Assembly (NCBI GenBank): GCA_002269645.1
Contig: NIVC01000094.1
Span: 186,001 to 250,000 of the forward strand
Origin: Macrostomum lignano
Taxonomy: Eukaryota
Direction: 5' to 3'
Length of the DNA: 64,000 nucleotides
Part shown: piece after piece, positions 26,288-44,699 of the stretch
Layout of the letters: every line of letters starts with the position of its first letter
Numbering within the stretch: the stretch's first letter is position 1
Position numbers and translations under genes: made by a program
The notes under the pieces: generated by a model
Databases searched by the model: none
What the model was told of the DNA's origin: nothing
Seen by the model: the letters and a program-made list of their open reading frames with translations, nothing else

Positions 26288-27180
26288 ATTCCAGCAAAAC
26301 TGTACACGGGTGACGTCAAAGGCTGAATATTTTATCAATAGTTGTTGTACGATGCTTTGTGTGTGTTTCACGCGACCAACCTTAGGTTGAGCTTGCATAG
26401 TTCTATAAATTGACGCGCGCGCACACAACTCTGGCATAGTGTCTTGTCCAGCTCTCGACCAAGCTTTTTACTCGCGAATACGGCAATACGCTCGTGTAAA
26501 TTAGCTCATTTACTTAAATTCGCCTTATGACAGACAATGTCACAACAAGTCACAAGAATGTAGATTTAGGCCTAGGGATGAAAGAAATGAAATAAAAGCT
26601 TTGAGCAGGTTGTCTGTACTGTAAATTTTCTGCTCTATGTTCGACATGGTGTCTCTTGAATGTTTGACATGGAGTCATGTATATGTTTGACATGGTGCTT
26701 CTTTTATTAATGTGTTGTGCATAAAAAAGAAATACTAAGCGGCTTTTGAGCCAGAAATCTGAATAAAATGCTAGATACTTACTATTTTAAGTTGTAAGCC
26801 AATTTACGTTATGTCGATAAAAAACAACATAGCTGACTATTTGTGAAAGATTTATACTATTCTACTAGTCGTTGTAGCTCGTAACGTATTACTCCAGCTC
26901 GAGTGCTCTTAAGGAATCTGATGAGCAGCCAGCAGCTAAAGAGAGCATCCAATTGGAACATTTAATGAAGTAAAAAGACAACATGCGCGATTTCTTTCTT
27001 GATGTTTAAATTGAAGCTTTCAAAACCGGGACCGGGCTTGGCCACAGACACTTCTCAGAACTAACTGCTATTCAATCGATTTCTAAAAAATGCTCAAATG
27101 AATTTACGAGTATAAAACGAAGAACACCCAGAAAGCAAAAGCGCAGCCATTGAAAACTTAAAAGTAACTTGAATTAAAGC

Positions 27181-28875
<1,695 letters not shown>

Positions 28876-29264
28876 ACCCTCAGAGCCTTCGTTTGCCGCC
28901 TTCAGTTGGACGCTTACCATGAATTTATAATTTCAAGCATCTTGTCAAGCTGCTCAAGTTGTCTTGAGCATCGTATGAACGGCCTTCTCTTCTATATTTT
29001 TCTCAAAGCCTAGAAATACTTTGATGCCGATGACAGACTGCGCTACAGAGTTTAATTTTACCGTCGGTGCCTGTTTTTACAAAATTAGATTTTTATGCTT
29101 ACAAGAATGCCGCGCTCACGGCGCTGACTGCGGACTAATGGAAAGAAGTAAATTTGGCTTGCGCTTTGCTTAACTGTTTTACATTTTTCATTATTGATTT
29201 ACTCTGCCTTCCATTGGGAATAATAATCAGGGTTCAGCGCTATATAGATCTAGGCACCCCGTTC

Positions 29265-29660
29265 CTGCGAGACGAGACACCTCCTTCCTGTACGAGACAT
29301 TCCAGAACTGCGAGACGAGACACCCCCTTCCTGTACGAGACATTCCAGAACTGCAAGACGAGACACCCCCTTCCTGTACGAGACATTCCTGAACTGCAAG
29401 ACGAGACACACCCTTCCTGTACGAGACATTCCAGAACTGCAAGACGAGACACCCCCTTCCTGTACGAGACATTCCTGAACTGCAAGACGAGACACACCCT
29501 TCCTGTACGAGACATTCCTGAACTGCAAGACGAGACACACCCTTCCTGTACGAGACATTCCAGAACTGCAAGACGAGACACCCCCTTCCTGTACGAGACA
29601 TTCCAGAACTGCAAGACGAGACACCCCTTCCTGTACGAGACATTCCTGTCCTGCAAAATG
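29265..29660. repeat. About 43-bp minisatellite (cgagacacccccttcctgtacgagacattccagaactgcaaga)
   Basis: About 9 tandem copies visible. Confidence 0.95.
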
Positions 29661-29980
29661 AGACACCCAATGTTCCTGTACGGGACCCCAGTCTCTTGTC
29701 CGAGACCCTGTTCCTGTAGAAGTCTGCTACCCAATTCAAATTTTCATTTTCCCCTGCTCTGTTTGCGCAAACGAATTTCACTTGCAAGTCAGAGAGTGGT
29801 CTCCGCACACAGCTACAGCAAATGTTTTTCTGTGAACTTCATTTCACCTTTTTCTCTGTGGAAAGTCCTGCCACTGTGACCGGGACTTCGCCAGCAGCTT
29901 GCTTTCACTGCTAACAAAGCCGGTCAGGCCTTAGCAACCGTTGTTTACTTTAGTAACCACCCGCCGCAGCTTTGCGGAGT

Positions 29981-29989
29981 CTATTTAAA
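29981..29989 (+). promoter_or_regulatory. TATA-like box of the PAN-FReD gene
   Basis: ctatttaaa about 55 nt upstream of ATG 30040. Confidence 0.4.
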
Positions 29990-30039
29990 GCAGCTCAGCT
30001 TAAAGGGGGAATTTCAAAGCCGAGCAGAAAACTACTAAA

Positions 30040-31250
30040 ATGCAAATGCAGTCAGTGATGTTGTTTAGAGCGATTCTGAGCCTTCAGTTTGTCGCTGCGC
30101 TGGCGGCTGCTCAGGGTGAGTCCAAACTTAAATTAGCTCGATTTGCCGAATTCTTGCAAGAAAGTCAACCATTTTGCTCTACGCCCAACAGCAGCCTTCG
30201 AGTTCGACGTGATCGCTTCGAACGCCTCCTGTGCTGCCAGTTCGGTCACCGTGAGCGCTCGCAGTGACATCGAGTGCGCTGTGAAATGCGCTCAAGCTGG
30301 CAGCAGTCTCTCCTACAGCTTCATCAACGGAGTCTGCGTCCTGTCCGACAGCGCCGACTGCGCCGCATCCGATGCTGCGTCAGTGTACCGGAAGCAATTG
30401 GACGGGGGTGGGTTTGCGCTCTGCTTCAGTAGCTTCAATAGCCATATTTATCTCTTTGGAGTCGAACGTATCGATGCTGATTTGATTTCGTATTCGTTGA
30501 TTCAAAACAGTAAAAAAACTAACTTTACATGCAGTTCCAATACCAACGGAGAGCTCGAGTAGCGCAGCTCCCGGGATGACGACAAGTGCTCAAATCCCAA
30601 GCTTCCCCACACTGAGTCCCGGATACCAGCAGCAGATCGGCGGCCGGACATTCTGGGTGTTCCAGCAGCGACAGACGGGCCAGATCGCCTTCAACAGGAG
30701 CTGGGATGACTACGTTGCCGGGTTTGGGAACGCCACCGAGTTTTGGGTTGGTGAGTTCGACTTTTTTTAAAGACCTTCTTCGGTAAACTTCTAAGAAAGC
30801 AGTAAAAAATGAAGATAATCTTTGTTCTTGGCAGGACTTGAACAAATCCACAGCTACACTCTGGCCCAAGTCAGCAGCTTGCGAATCGAGATTTTCACTG
30901 CATTCGGCGAGTTCTACGTGTTCGAGTGGCTCAACTTCACCATCGGGGACTCCGGCACGAACTACAGGATGAACTACAACAGCTTCGTTAGCGCCAACTC
31001 CACCACCAACTGTGACTTCTTGTCCAGGGCTCGGGGCCAGCAGTTCTCCACCTTCGACAAGGACAACGACGGTGCTTCTTACAGTTGCTGCACCAAGTAT
31101 GGGGGCGGCGGCTACTGGTGGGAAGCTTGCATGAACTCCAACCCGAACGGCGTGTACTCAACTGAGACGTCCAGCTCCTCCCAGATGGCCTCGTCTTGCA
31201 TCGGAGGCTACAAGGCTCTGCGGGCGATGCGGATGATGCTGCAGGGATGA
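30040..31250 (+). CDS. Secreted PAN/apple + fibrinogen-related domain protein, 4 exons (30040-30115, 30192-30407, 30535-30750, 30835-31250)
   Basis: Signal peptide; PAN-like ECAVKCAQ...SYSFINGVCVL; S/T linker; FReD motifs VFQQRQTGQIAFNRSWDDYVAGFGN..EFWVGLEQIH and FSTFDKDND...GGGYWWEAC..SNPNG. All introns are phase 1. Confidence 0.92.
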
Positions 31251-31734
31251 AGCCGCGTTGATCGAGCCTTGAGAGATCGAGGGATGATTGCTTTTGAGTT
31301 AAAACTCCGACCTGCCTCTTTATTTGATTGATCACAGTGAAATATGCAGCTTACTTATGCAACAGCTTGTCGAAATGAGCCTTGGGAATTGTTTTGAATG
31401 AAGAAGCTATTATCTTAACGCTTTTTGCAACAGCCGATCAAAATAAATTCAAATGTACTAAATAGTGTACTGAAATTTGATACAATAAATATCGGCAGGA
31501 GAGCGGCGGGCACCATGCCGAAACGTCTTTTGCGGGACATTGTCACACAACCAGAGCTGAGGCAATTCTGCCCATTCCACTGACCCCTGAGCACATGCGA
31601 GCTGCAACCGTGTGGATACTGTGGGCACGTACTCACACTCTGGCAGGATTTACAGACAGTGGCTCTGGCTTTATATTCATCAGGCATGTACACTTGCTCT
31701 GCCTTGGAGGTGGGAGTGAGTGGAAATGGGGGAG

Positions 31735-32818
31735 GGCGATTCTCTCTCAGAGTGAGGGAGGGCGATTCTCCATCTGGAGTGAGAGAGGGCGATTCTCTCA
31801 GAGTGAGAGAGGGCGATTCTCTATCTGAAGTGAGGGAGGGCGATTCTCTCTGGAGTGAGGGAGGACGATTCTCTCTGGAGTGAGGGAGGGCGATTCTCTC
31901 TGGAGTGAGGGAGGACGATTCTCTATCTGAAGTGAGGGAGGGCGATTCTCTCTGGAGTGAGGGAGGGCGATTCTCTCTGGAGTGAGGGAGGGCGATTCTC
32001 TATCTGAAGTGAGGGAGGGCGATTCTCTCTGGAGTGAGGGAGGGCGATTCTCTCTGGAGTGAGGGAGGGCGATTCTCTCTGGAGTGAGGGAGGGCGATTC
32101 TATCTGGAGTGAGGGAGGCGATTCTCTCTGGAGTGAGGGAGGGCGATTCTCTCTAGAGTGAGGGAGGGCGATTCTCTCTGGAGTGAGGGAGGGCGACTCT
32201 CTCTGGAGTGAGGGAGGGCGACTCTCTCAGAGTGAGGGAGGGCGATTCTATCTGGAGTGAGGGAGGGCGATTCTATCTGGAGTGAGGGAGGCGATTCTCT
32301 CTGGAGTGAGGGAGGGCGATTCTCTCTAGAGTGAGGGAGGGCGATTCTATCTGGAGTGAGGGAGGGCGACTCTCTCTGGAGTGAGGGAGGCGATTCTCTC
32401 TGGAGTGAGGGAGGGCGATTCTCTCTAGAGTGAGGGAGGGCGATTCTCTCTGGAGTGAGGGAGGGCGATTCTCTCTAGAGTGAGGGAGGGCGATTCTCTC
32501 TGGAGTGAGGGAGGGCGATTCTCTCTGGAGTGAGGGAGGGCGATTCTCTATCTGAAGTGAGGGAGGGCGATTCTCTCTGGAGTGAGGGAGGGCGATTCTC
32601 TCGGGAGTGAGGGAGGGCGATTCTCTCTGGAGTGAGGGAGGGCGATTCTCTCTGGAGTGAGGGAGGGCGACTCTCTCAGAGTTAGGGAGGGCGATTCTAT
32701 CTGAAGTGAGGGAGGGCGATTCTATCTGGAGTGAGGGAGGCGATTCTCTCTGGAGTGAGGGAGGGCGATTCTCTCTGCAGTGAGGGAGGGCGATTCGCTC
32801 TGCAGTGAGGGAGGGCGC
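31735..32818. repeat. 25-bp minisatellite (ggagtgagggagggcgattctctct)
   Basis: About 43 tandem copies visible. Confidence 0.95.
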
Positions 32819-33282
32819 TAGGATCTGTATTTTTGACTTAGACAATTCAGTCCATCAATACAGAGGGCTAGAGGTTGCTCAAGCTGCTCAAGCTAATGAT
32901 CTCTGGCTCAACCAGGACTGGCCTGATTTGATTGACAGTTGCAACTCCTGACGGGACTCGCAGACAAAGGCCTTAAAATCTGACTGCATGAAAGCCTGCT
33001 GCTCACAACAGCACATGGAGCGCGCGCAGAACGAATGCGTGACATGCAAATCTTCATAAAAACGAACAGAGCACATGCGGGAATAAATAATACAAAGTAT
33101 AAAACAAAAAACCAGATGAAAATTGAAATAACTGAGCTAGCAGTCATCGATCCGAGCTGTAGAGCTACTCGCGGCAACATCACTCTGACTGCAGTTCTCA
33201 AGTGTGCAAGTTTTCCCTGTAATCACGGATAGTCAAGGTGAGCTCCCAAATTGAGAATATTTGTGCATTCACCTGATTGCGT

Positions 33283-33494
33283 TTGAGTTCAGCTCTGTCG
33301 TAGCGACCGCCCCCTGCTCTGCGAGCTCGGCCAGGCCATGAGCGCTCGCAGCGACACTGAGTGTGCTTTGAAATGCGCTCAAACTGGTGGCAGCCTCTCC
33401 TACAGCTTCATCAACGGAGTCTGCGTCCTGTCCGACAAGGCTGACTGCACCGCATCCGGAGCAAAATTTATCTGGAAGAAGCAAAGCAAAGCCG
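33283..33494 (+). pseudogene. Orphan frameshifted paralog of the PAN exon of the upstream FReD gene
   Basis: AFEFSSVVATAPCSASSA/(+2 nt)/MSARSDTECALKCAQTGGSLSYSFINGVCVLSDKADC closely matches exon 2 at 30192-30407. It keeps a phase-1 GTGAGA donor. No clear AG acceptor, signal exon or FReD exons were seen. Confidence 0.75.
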
Positions 33495-33819
33495 GTGAGA
33501 TTTTAATTGGTTTCGGATCCGTGTTCTAATAACCGAAAATCCAGTTGATTTTGTTTTGGAATCATCTAAATCCAACAAAATTGCAGGAATTTCACCTTTG
33601 GCGGCTTCAACAGTGGATTGATCTGACATGAAGGAAAATAATACTGTCTTACTGTATAATACTGTATCTCTGTTGAACGCATTGCTACAAAAATTATTTA
33701 AGCACATTTTAAATCGACATAAGAGTTGTTGAACTTTTACAATGGATTATATTGACTTCTTGAGTCAGTGCTTCTGTATTTATTGCTGCTATTCATAATT
33801 AGCAACCTATTAATGCCTA

Positions 33820-34862
33820 AGCATCCCGAACATTCATTAAGCATCTCGAACATTCATTAAGCATCTCGAACATTCATTAAGCATCTCGAACATTCATTAA
33901 GCATCCCGAACATTCATTAAGCATCTCGAACATTCATTAAGCATCTCGAACATTCATTAAGCATCCCGAACATTCATTAAGCATCTCGAACTTTCATTAA
34001 GCATCTCGAACTTTCATTAAGCATCTCGAACTTTCATTAAGCATCCCAAACATTCATTAAGCATCCCTAACATTCATTAAGCATCCCTAACATTCATTAA
34101 GCATCCCAAACATTCATTAAGCATCCCTAACATTCATTAAGCATCCCTAACATTCATTAAGCATCCCAAACATTCATTAAGCATCTCGAACATTCATTAA
34201 GCATCTCGAATATTCATTAAGCATCCCTAACATTCATTAAGCATCCCAAACATTCATTAAGCATCTCGAACATTCATTAAGCATCTCGAACATTCATTAA
34301 GCATCCCGAACATTCATTAAGCATCTCGAACTTTCATTAAGCATCTCGAACTTTCATTAAGCATCCCAAACATTCATTAAGCATCCCTAACATTCATTAA
34401 GCATCCCTAACATTCATTAAGCATCCCAAACATTCATTAAGCATCCCTAACATTCATTAAGCATCCCTAACATTCATTAAGCATCCCAAACATTCATTAA
34501 GCATCTCGAACATTCATTAAGCATCTCGAATATTCATTAAGCATCCCTAACATTCATTAAGCATCCCAAACATTCATTAAGCATCCCTAACATTCATTAA
34601 GCATCCCAAACATTCATTAAGCATCTCGAACATTCATTAAGCATCTCGAATATTCATTAAGCATCCCTAACATTCATTAAGCATCTCAAACATTCATTAA
34701 GCATCCCTAACATCCATTAAGCATCTCAAACATTCATTAAGCATCTCGAACATTCATTAAGCATCTCGAACATTCATTAAGCATCCCGAACATTCATTAA
34801 GCATCTCAAACATTCACTAAGCATCTCGAACATTCAATAAGCATCTCGAACATTCATTCAGC
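33820..34862. repeat. 20-bp minisatellite (gcatc[tc]cgaacattcattaa)
   Basis: About 52 tandem copies visible. Confidence 0.97.
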
Positions 34863-35107
34863 ATCGAATTTTTCATAAAAAAATTAATAATTTGTCAAGC
34901 ACTAGACAAAGATACTGGCAGAGCATCACAATCCCAACCAATTAACCTTGAGGTAAAATATTTTTGGTCATGAGTTGTTATACTTGTTGTTTGGTTGTCT
35001 ATGGTTAAGACTCGGCTTTACAAAAGCCGATCTACCCAGCCATTTCTCACGATGCAGCAGCACTGACCAGAATCGCACAACAAGCTCTGCTATCATCAGA
35101 CCGAAAC

Positions 35108-35695
35108 ATGAAGCCGCAACGCCGGTCGCAGGTGTCCTCATCCCGCGGCACCCGGATGCGCAGCGACATGCTGCAGCAGCAGCGGGAGATCATTGGCCTG
35201 AACAGGAACGGCACCTCCTCCGTGGAGTCCTACGCCTCCAGCCTACTGTTGAAGTTCATCGCCCGCCGAGACGTGACGATGACCGACCTTTTCGGCGTCA
35301 GCCGGCAGCACGGCAGCCTCGAGGACGCCTGCGAGAGCGCCAGGAAGCGCGACCAGGTGCATCCGCCACAGTCCGAGCCTGCAGAGGAGAGCGGCGGTCC
35401 GGCCCGTCGCAGGCGCCGGCTGATTCCGAGCCGGTCGGCACAGCTGGCGGTGCTGCTGCTGTGCCACGGCGCCGTCCTGTCTATCGGGATGTTCCTGTTC
35501 GGGCTGACCGCGCCCATGCTGCTGCGGCAGAGCCCCGTCACGGAGCCCTGGTTCTCCATGTGGCTCTCCGGCTGCTGCTCGGTGCTGCTGCTGCTGCTGG
35601 CCTTCGCCCTGCCCGCCGTGTTTCCATCGCTTCTGGGCGCCTGCTGCCACGGCTTTATGCGGCACCTGCGCCTGGACCGCTACCACTATAAGTGA
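35108..35695 (+). CDS. Intronless 195-aa protein with two predicted transmembrane helices, unknown family
   Basis: ATG-to-TAA ORF with strong C/G third-position bias as in neighbouring genes. Hydrophobic segments AQLAVLLLCHGAVLSIGMFLFGLTAPMLL and WFSMWLSGCCSVLLLLLAFALPAVFPSLLGA. Confidence 0.65.
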   Translation: MKPQRRSQVSSSRGTRMRSDMLQQQREIIGLNRNGTSSVESYASSLLLKFIARRDVTMTDLFGVSRQHGSLEDACESARKRDQVHPPQSEPAEESGGPARRRRRLIPSRSAQLAVLLLCHGAVLSIGMFLFGLTAPMLLRQSPVTEPWFSMWLSGCCSVLLLLLAFALPAVFPSLLGACCHGFMRHLRLDRYHYK

Positions 35696-35724
35696 GGGCT
35701 GGGGGAGCGGCAGAAATGCGATGC

Positions 35725-36290
35725 AGGCATGTATTGGAATGTTCAGGGATGTATTGGAATGTTTAGGGATGTATTGGAATGTTCAGGGATGTATTGGAAT
35801 GTTCAGGGATGCATTGGAATGTTCAGGGATGTATTGGAATGTTCAGGGATGCATTGGAATGTTCAGGGATGTATTCGAATGTTCAGGGATGTATTCGAAT
35901 GTTCAGGGATGTATTAGAATGTTCAGGGATGCATTGGAATGTCCAAGGATGTATTGGAATGTTCAGGGATGTATTGGAATGTTCAGGGATGTATTGGAAT
36001 GTTCAGGGATGCACTGGAATTTTCAGGGATGCATTGGAATGTTCAGGGATGTATTGGAATGTTCAGGGATGCATTCAGGGATGCATTGGAATGTTCAGGG
36101 ATGCACTGGAATGTTCAGGGATGTATTCAGGGATGCATTGGAATGTTCAGGGATGCACTGGAATGTTCAGGGATGCACTGGAATGTTCAGGGATGCATTC
36201 AGGGATGCACTGGAATGTTCAGGGATGCATTGGAATGTTCAGGGATGCACTGGAATGTTCAGGGATGCATTTGAATGTTTAGGGATGCAC
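35725..36290. repeat. 20-bp minisatellite (ggaatgttcagggatg[tc]att)
   Basis: Tandem copies visible. The reverse complement resembles the unit at 33820. Confidence 0.95.
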
Positions 36291-36625
36291 AGGAACGGTC
36301 ATGGATACACACAATGAAGGTCAAAGCTACATTGAAGGTCAAAGCTCTGCGGGGAACTGAGTTATTGACTGTCCGTCAGACTACTCATACATTAATTTGT
36401 TGTTGAGTGATTATGTAAATTTTCGCTGCGGCATGTTTGCATTTATCTCTACTCGAATCCAGTTGAAACAAGTTCTTACCCTGCAGAGGCCGGCATCCAT
36501 AATAACGCATTGCTGCTTCTGTTTATTCTGCCACTTATGGCGCATCATAAGCGCTCGTTAAACTTTGCTTTTAGACTTATTTAATAGCCCTTGCCTGAAA
36601 GTGAAAACTTGTTTCTGTTGCAAAG

Positions 36626-36629
<4 letters not shown>

Positions 36630-36700
<71 letters not shown>
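36630..36700. repeat. (CT)n microsatellite
   Basis: Directly visible. Confidence 0.98.
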
Positions 36701-36705
<5 letters not shown>

Positions 36706-37169
36706 AGCTGGGAAACTCGATGGAGCACAGCGGCCCCGCCCCTGTTCGTGCCTTTCATCTGGGCGGACGTGGGAAAGCAATTTAAAGTTAAGATGAGGCT
36801 TTTCTGCAGCAGCCAGGAAAATAATTGGAGTAGGGAGGGGGAGCCGCCGAGCTCCTTTGAGACGGCATGGGCGACATGTGAGAACATTGCTGCCATTGTG
36901 GCGATACACACTCTCGCTTTCACTGAGACCCTCCATATGAGCCCTAATTGCTCTAATTGTTGTCTAGACTGACGAAAGCAAGCCAGCCAAATGCGCCAGA
37001 GACTGGGGGAGGGCGAAGCGGGGGTAAGCAGTGCTTTCAGCTCTGCAGTGAATTTAATGTTTAATCGAGTGGTTGATATCTCAGAAGTGCGAAATCTGCT
37101 TGCAGCGAAGGCCATGGCAGTATACAGCCCGAACCGGACTTGACGAAGTACATCAGCTACCTCGAGTAA

Positions 37170-37980
37170 GGACAGGACAGGATAGGACAGGATAGGATAG
37201 GATAGGATAGGATAGGATAGGATAGGATAGGATAGGATAGGACAGGATAGGACAGGATAGGATAGGAAAGGACAGGATAGGATAGGATAGGATAGGATAG
37301 GATAGGACAGGATAGGACAGGATAGGATAGGATAGGATAGGATAGGATAGGATAGGATAGGATAGGATAGGATAGGATAGGAAAGGACAGGACAGGACAA
37401 GACAGGACAGGACAGGACAGGATAGGACAGAACAGGACAGGACAGGACAGGACAGGACGGGACAGGACAGGACAGGACAGACAGGACAGGACAGGACAGA
37501 ACAGGACAGGACAGGACAGGACAGGACAGGACGGGACAGGACAGGACAGGACAGGATAGGACAGGACATGACAGGACAGGACAGGACAGGATAGGATAGG
37601 ACAGGACAGAACAGGACAGACAGGACAGGACAGGACAGGACAGGACAGGACAGGACAGGACAGGACAGGATAGGACAGTACAGGGGCAGGACAGGACAGG
37701 ACAGGGGCAGGACAGAACAGGACAGGACAGGACATTACAGGATAGGATAGGACAGGACAGTACAGGGGCAGGACAGGACAGGACAGGGGCAGGACAGAAC
37801 AGGACAGGACAGGACAGGACAGAACAGGACAGGACAGGATAGGACAGGACAGGACAGTACAGGACAGGACAGTACAGGACAGGACAGGACAGGACAGGAC
37901 AGGACAGGACAGGATAGGACAGTACAGGGGCAGGACAGGACAGGACAGGGGCAGGACAGAACAGGACAGGACAGGACAGA
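37170..37980. repeat. (GGACA/GGATA)n pentanucleotide repeat
   Basis: Directly visible. Confidence 0.97.
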
Positions 37981-38149
37981 ACCAGTCCGGTAGATTGCGT
38001 TTCATCCAATAAAATTTGACACATCAAGGACTTTTCAATAGTATTCGGTACAATTCGGTAGTCTTTGTACGTAAAACTCTTTCGAATCGTACTGTTTACT
38101 GTTGCTACTGGTCTCAGCTCTTGGAGCGGTCAAAAACACATTGCTCCTG

Positions 38150-38332
38150 CGCCATTGGTTGGAGTTGATGGCACTGAGGGGTGAGGGCAGGGGGGGGGGG
38201 GTCAGCCCATAAAAGCCTGCAGCCGGTCGCCGCTCGGGGCACGAGGGGCCTCAAAGCGAGCCTGCAGTCCTGGACCCCACCGACCCCGCCTCAGCCAGCC
38301 TGCTTCCTTCCTGTGCTGCCCACTCGAGGCCG
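38150..38332 (+). promoter_or_regulatory. Candidate promoter and non-coding first exon of the MARCH-like gene
   Basis: Reverse CCAAT (attgg) near 38153, TATA-like cataaaag at approx. 38208, then a GC-rich stretch ending in donor GTAAGC at 38333. Confidence 0.45.
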
Positions 38333-38708
38333 GTAAGCCAAGTTCTGCTCTTATCGTATTTCTCACCTCTCTCACCTCTCTCTCATGTTCGAATAACAGA
38401 CCGCTAATTGGCTAATTGGCCAACCAGGCAAAAAAGCTGGTGCCAAATCTTGATTGAAAAGCTTCTGCAGCTGTCAAACCGCTTTGGTAAATTAAAAAAC
38501 ATTTAAATTCGCGTGAAAAAAGACGTTTTTTGAAGCAAAATTAAAACCCCAATGTATTTAAAGAAGGTAATTGTCAAGCTGAAATCATGGGTTTAACATT
38601 TTTTGTTCTTCATTATATTTCTTGATTTCATATTGCTCACTCAATTTTACTCATCATCGTCTCTGATGAAAGAAACCGGGACTCCGTCTCGCCTCGCCTC
38701 CCCAGCGG

Positions 38709-43200
<4,492 letters not shown>

Positions 43201-43334
43201 GCGACTGAAAGCGGCAGCTAATTTTTATAACTAAATAAGTTAACCTGATAACCTATTATAACTGTATGTGCTCTGCTCTGCATGCAGCTGCTGGCTTTTG
43301 GTTGCTGACAACTGATTGCTGATCTTGATTGCTG

Positions 43335-44065
43335 TCCCTCACCGCTCTCCCTCACCGCTCCCCCTCACCGCTCTCCCTCACCGCTCTCCCTCACCGCTCC
43401 CCCTCACCGCTCTCCCTCACCGCTCTCCCTCACCGCTCTCCCTCACCGCTCCCCCTCACCGCTCTCCCTCACCGCTCTCCCTCACCGCTCTCCCTCACCG
43501 CTCCCCCTCACCGCTCTCCCTCACCGCTCTCCCTCACCGCTCTCCCTCACCGCTCCCCCTCTCCGCTCTCCCTCACCGCTCTCCCTCACCGCTCTCCCTC
43601 ACCGCTCTCCCTCACCGCTCTCCCTCACCGCTCTCCCTCACCGCTCTCCCTCACCGCTCTCCCTCACCGCTCTCCCTCACCGCTCTCCCTCACCGCTCTC
43701 CCTCACCGCTCTCCCTCACCGCTCTCCCTCACCGCTCTCCCTCACCGCTCTCCCTCACCGCTCTCCCTCACCGCTCTCCCTCTCCGCTCTCCCTCACCGC
43801 TCTCCCTCACCGCTCCCCCTCACCGCTCTCCCTCACCGCTCTCCCTCACCGCTCTCCCTCACCGCTCTCCCTCACCGCTCTCCCTCACCGCTCTCCCTCA
43901 CCGCTCTCCCTCTCCGCTCTCCCTCACCGCTCTCCCTCACCGCTCTCCCTCACCGCTCTCCCTCACCGCTCTCCCTCACCGCTCTCCCTCACCGCTCTCC
44001 CTCACCGCTCTCCCTCACCGCTCTCCCTCACCGCTCTCCCTCACCGCTCCCCCTCTCCGCTCGCC
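43335..44065. repeat. 13-bp minisatellite (ccctcaccgctct)
   Basis: Directly visible. Confidence 0.97.
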
Positions 44066-44699
44066 CTCTCTGCTCCCTCCCACTCATTCCATGCCGGAAA
44101 ATCGCAAAATTTATAATTTACAGCTTGTCTTTATTAATTGAATTTTTCATAAGAATTTTCTTCACAAAGGCTGTTCAAATTCAAGCACACAATCAGCTTT
44201 ACAGTGCGCGGTTGATCATATTGGATCCTGGCTTCACTGCTGGCATCTTTCACAGCTTGTTTCGTAAAACATTCACTTGCACATTTTCCTATCATTAATG
44301 TACCAATGTTCAAATATCTATCCGTTTAGCACCTTTTTTGTTTATCTTGTATCATGAGAAATTTTGTGTCGTTCGGTTGTCGATTAGCTACAAGTTAGAT
44401 GTGCCTCAACTCCGTTTCGGTCAAATACAGTTTCAATCAGTGCTGTTCAAGCAATTGTTACACTTAGAAGTGCATGACAGCTTTGCCTGTCTGAGAACTG
44501 GTTCTCTAAAATGCCCAAGGGCTCGGGTGTTTGCAAGCTGTACCCATCCGATTGTTACCGTTCATGGACAAGAGCACAAAATTAGATGTGTGGCGTCAGT
44601 GCATGGGAAAGTAGCTAGTTGTGCAGATGAAATTGTACTCTGGAAAGCAGTTCACACACAGAGTGCGAATGGGTTTCAAACTCGCCCTTTAATGTGAAG

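Noticed and set aside
33820-34862. CRISPR-like appearance of regular 20-43 bp repeat arrays
   Set aside because: Units are head-to-tail with no unique spacers, there are no cas genes, and the context is eukaryotic.
36700-37170. Non-repetitive ORF segment between (CT)n and (GGACA)n
   Set aside because: No start or splice framework and no recognisable motif. A GC box (ggccccgcccc) suggests regulatory DNA at most.
38663-38676. CTGATGA...GAAAC as a hammerhead ribozyme core
   Set aside because: Only one base separates the two boxes, leaving no stem II, and no flanking stems I/III were evident.
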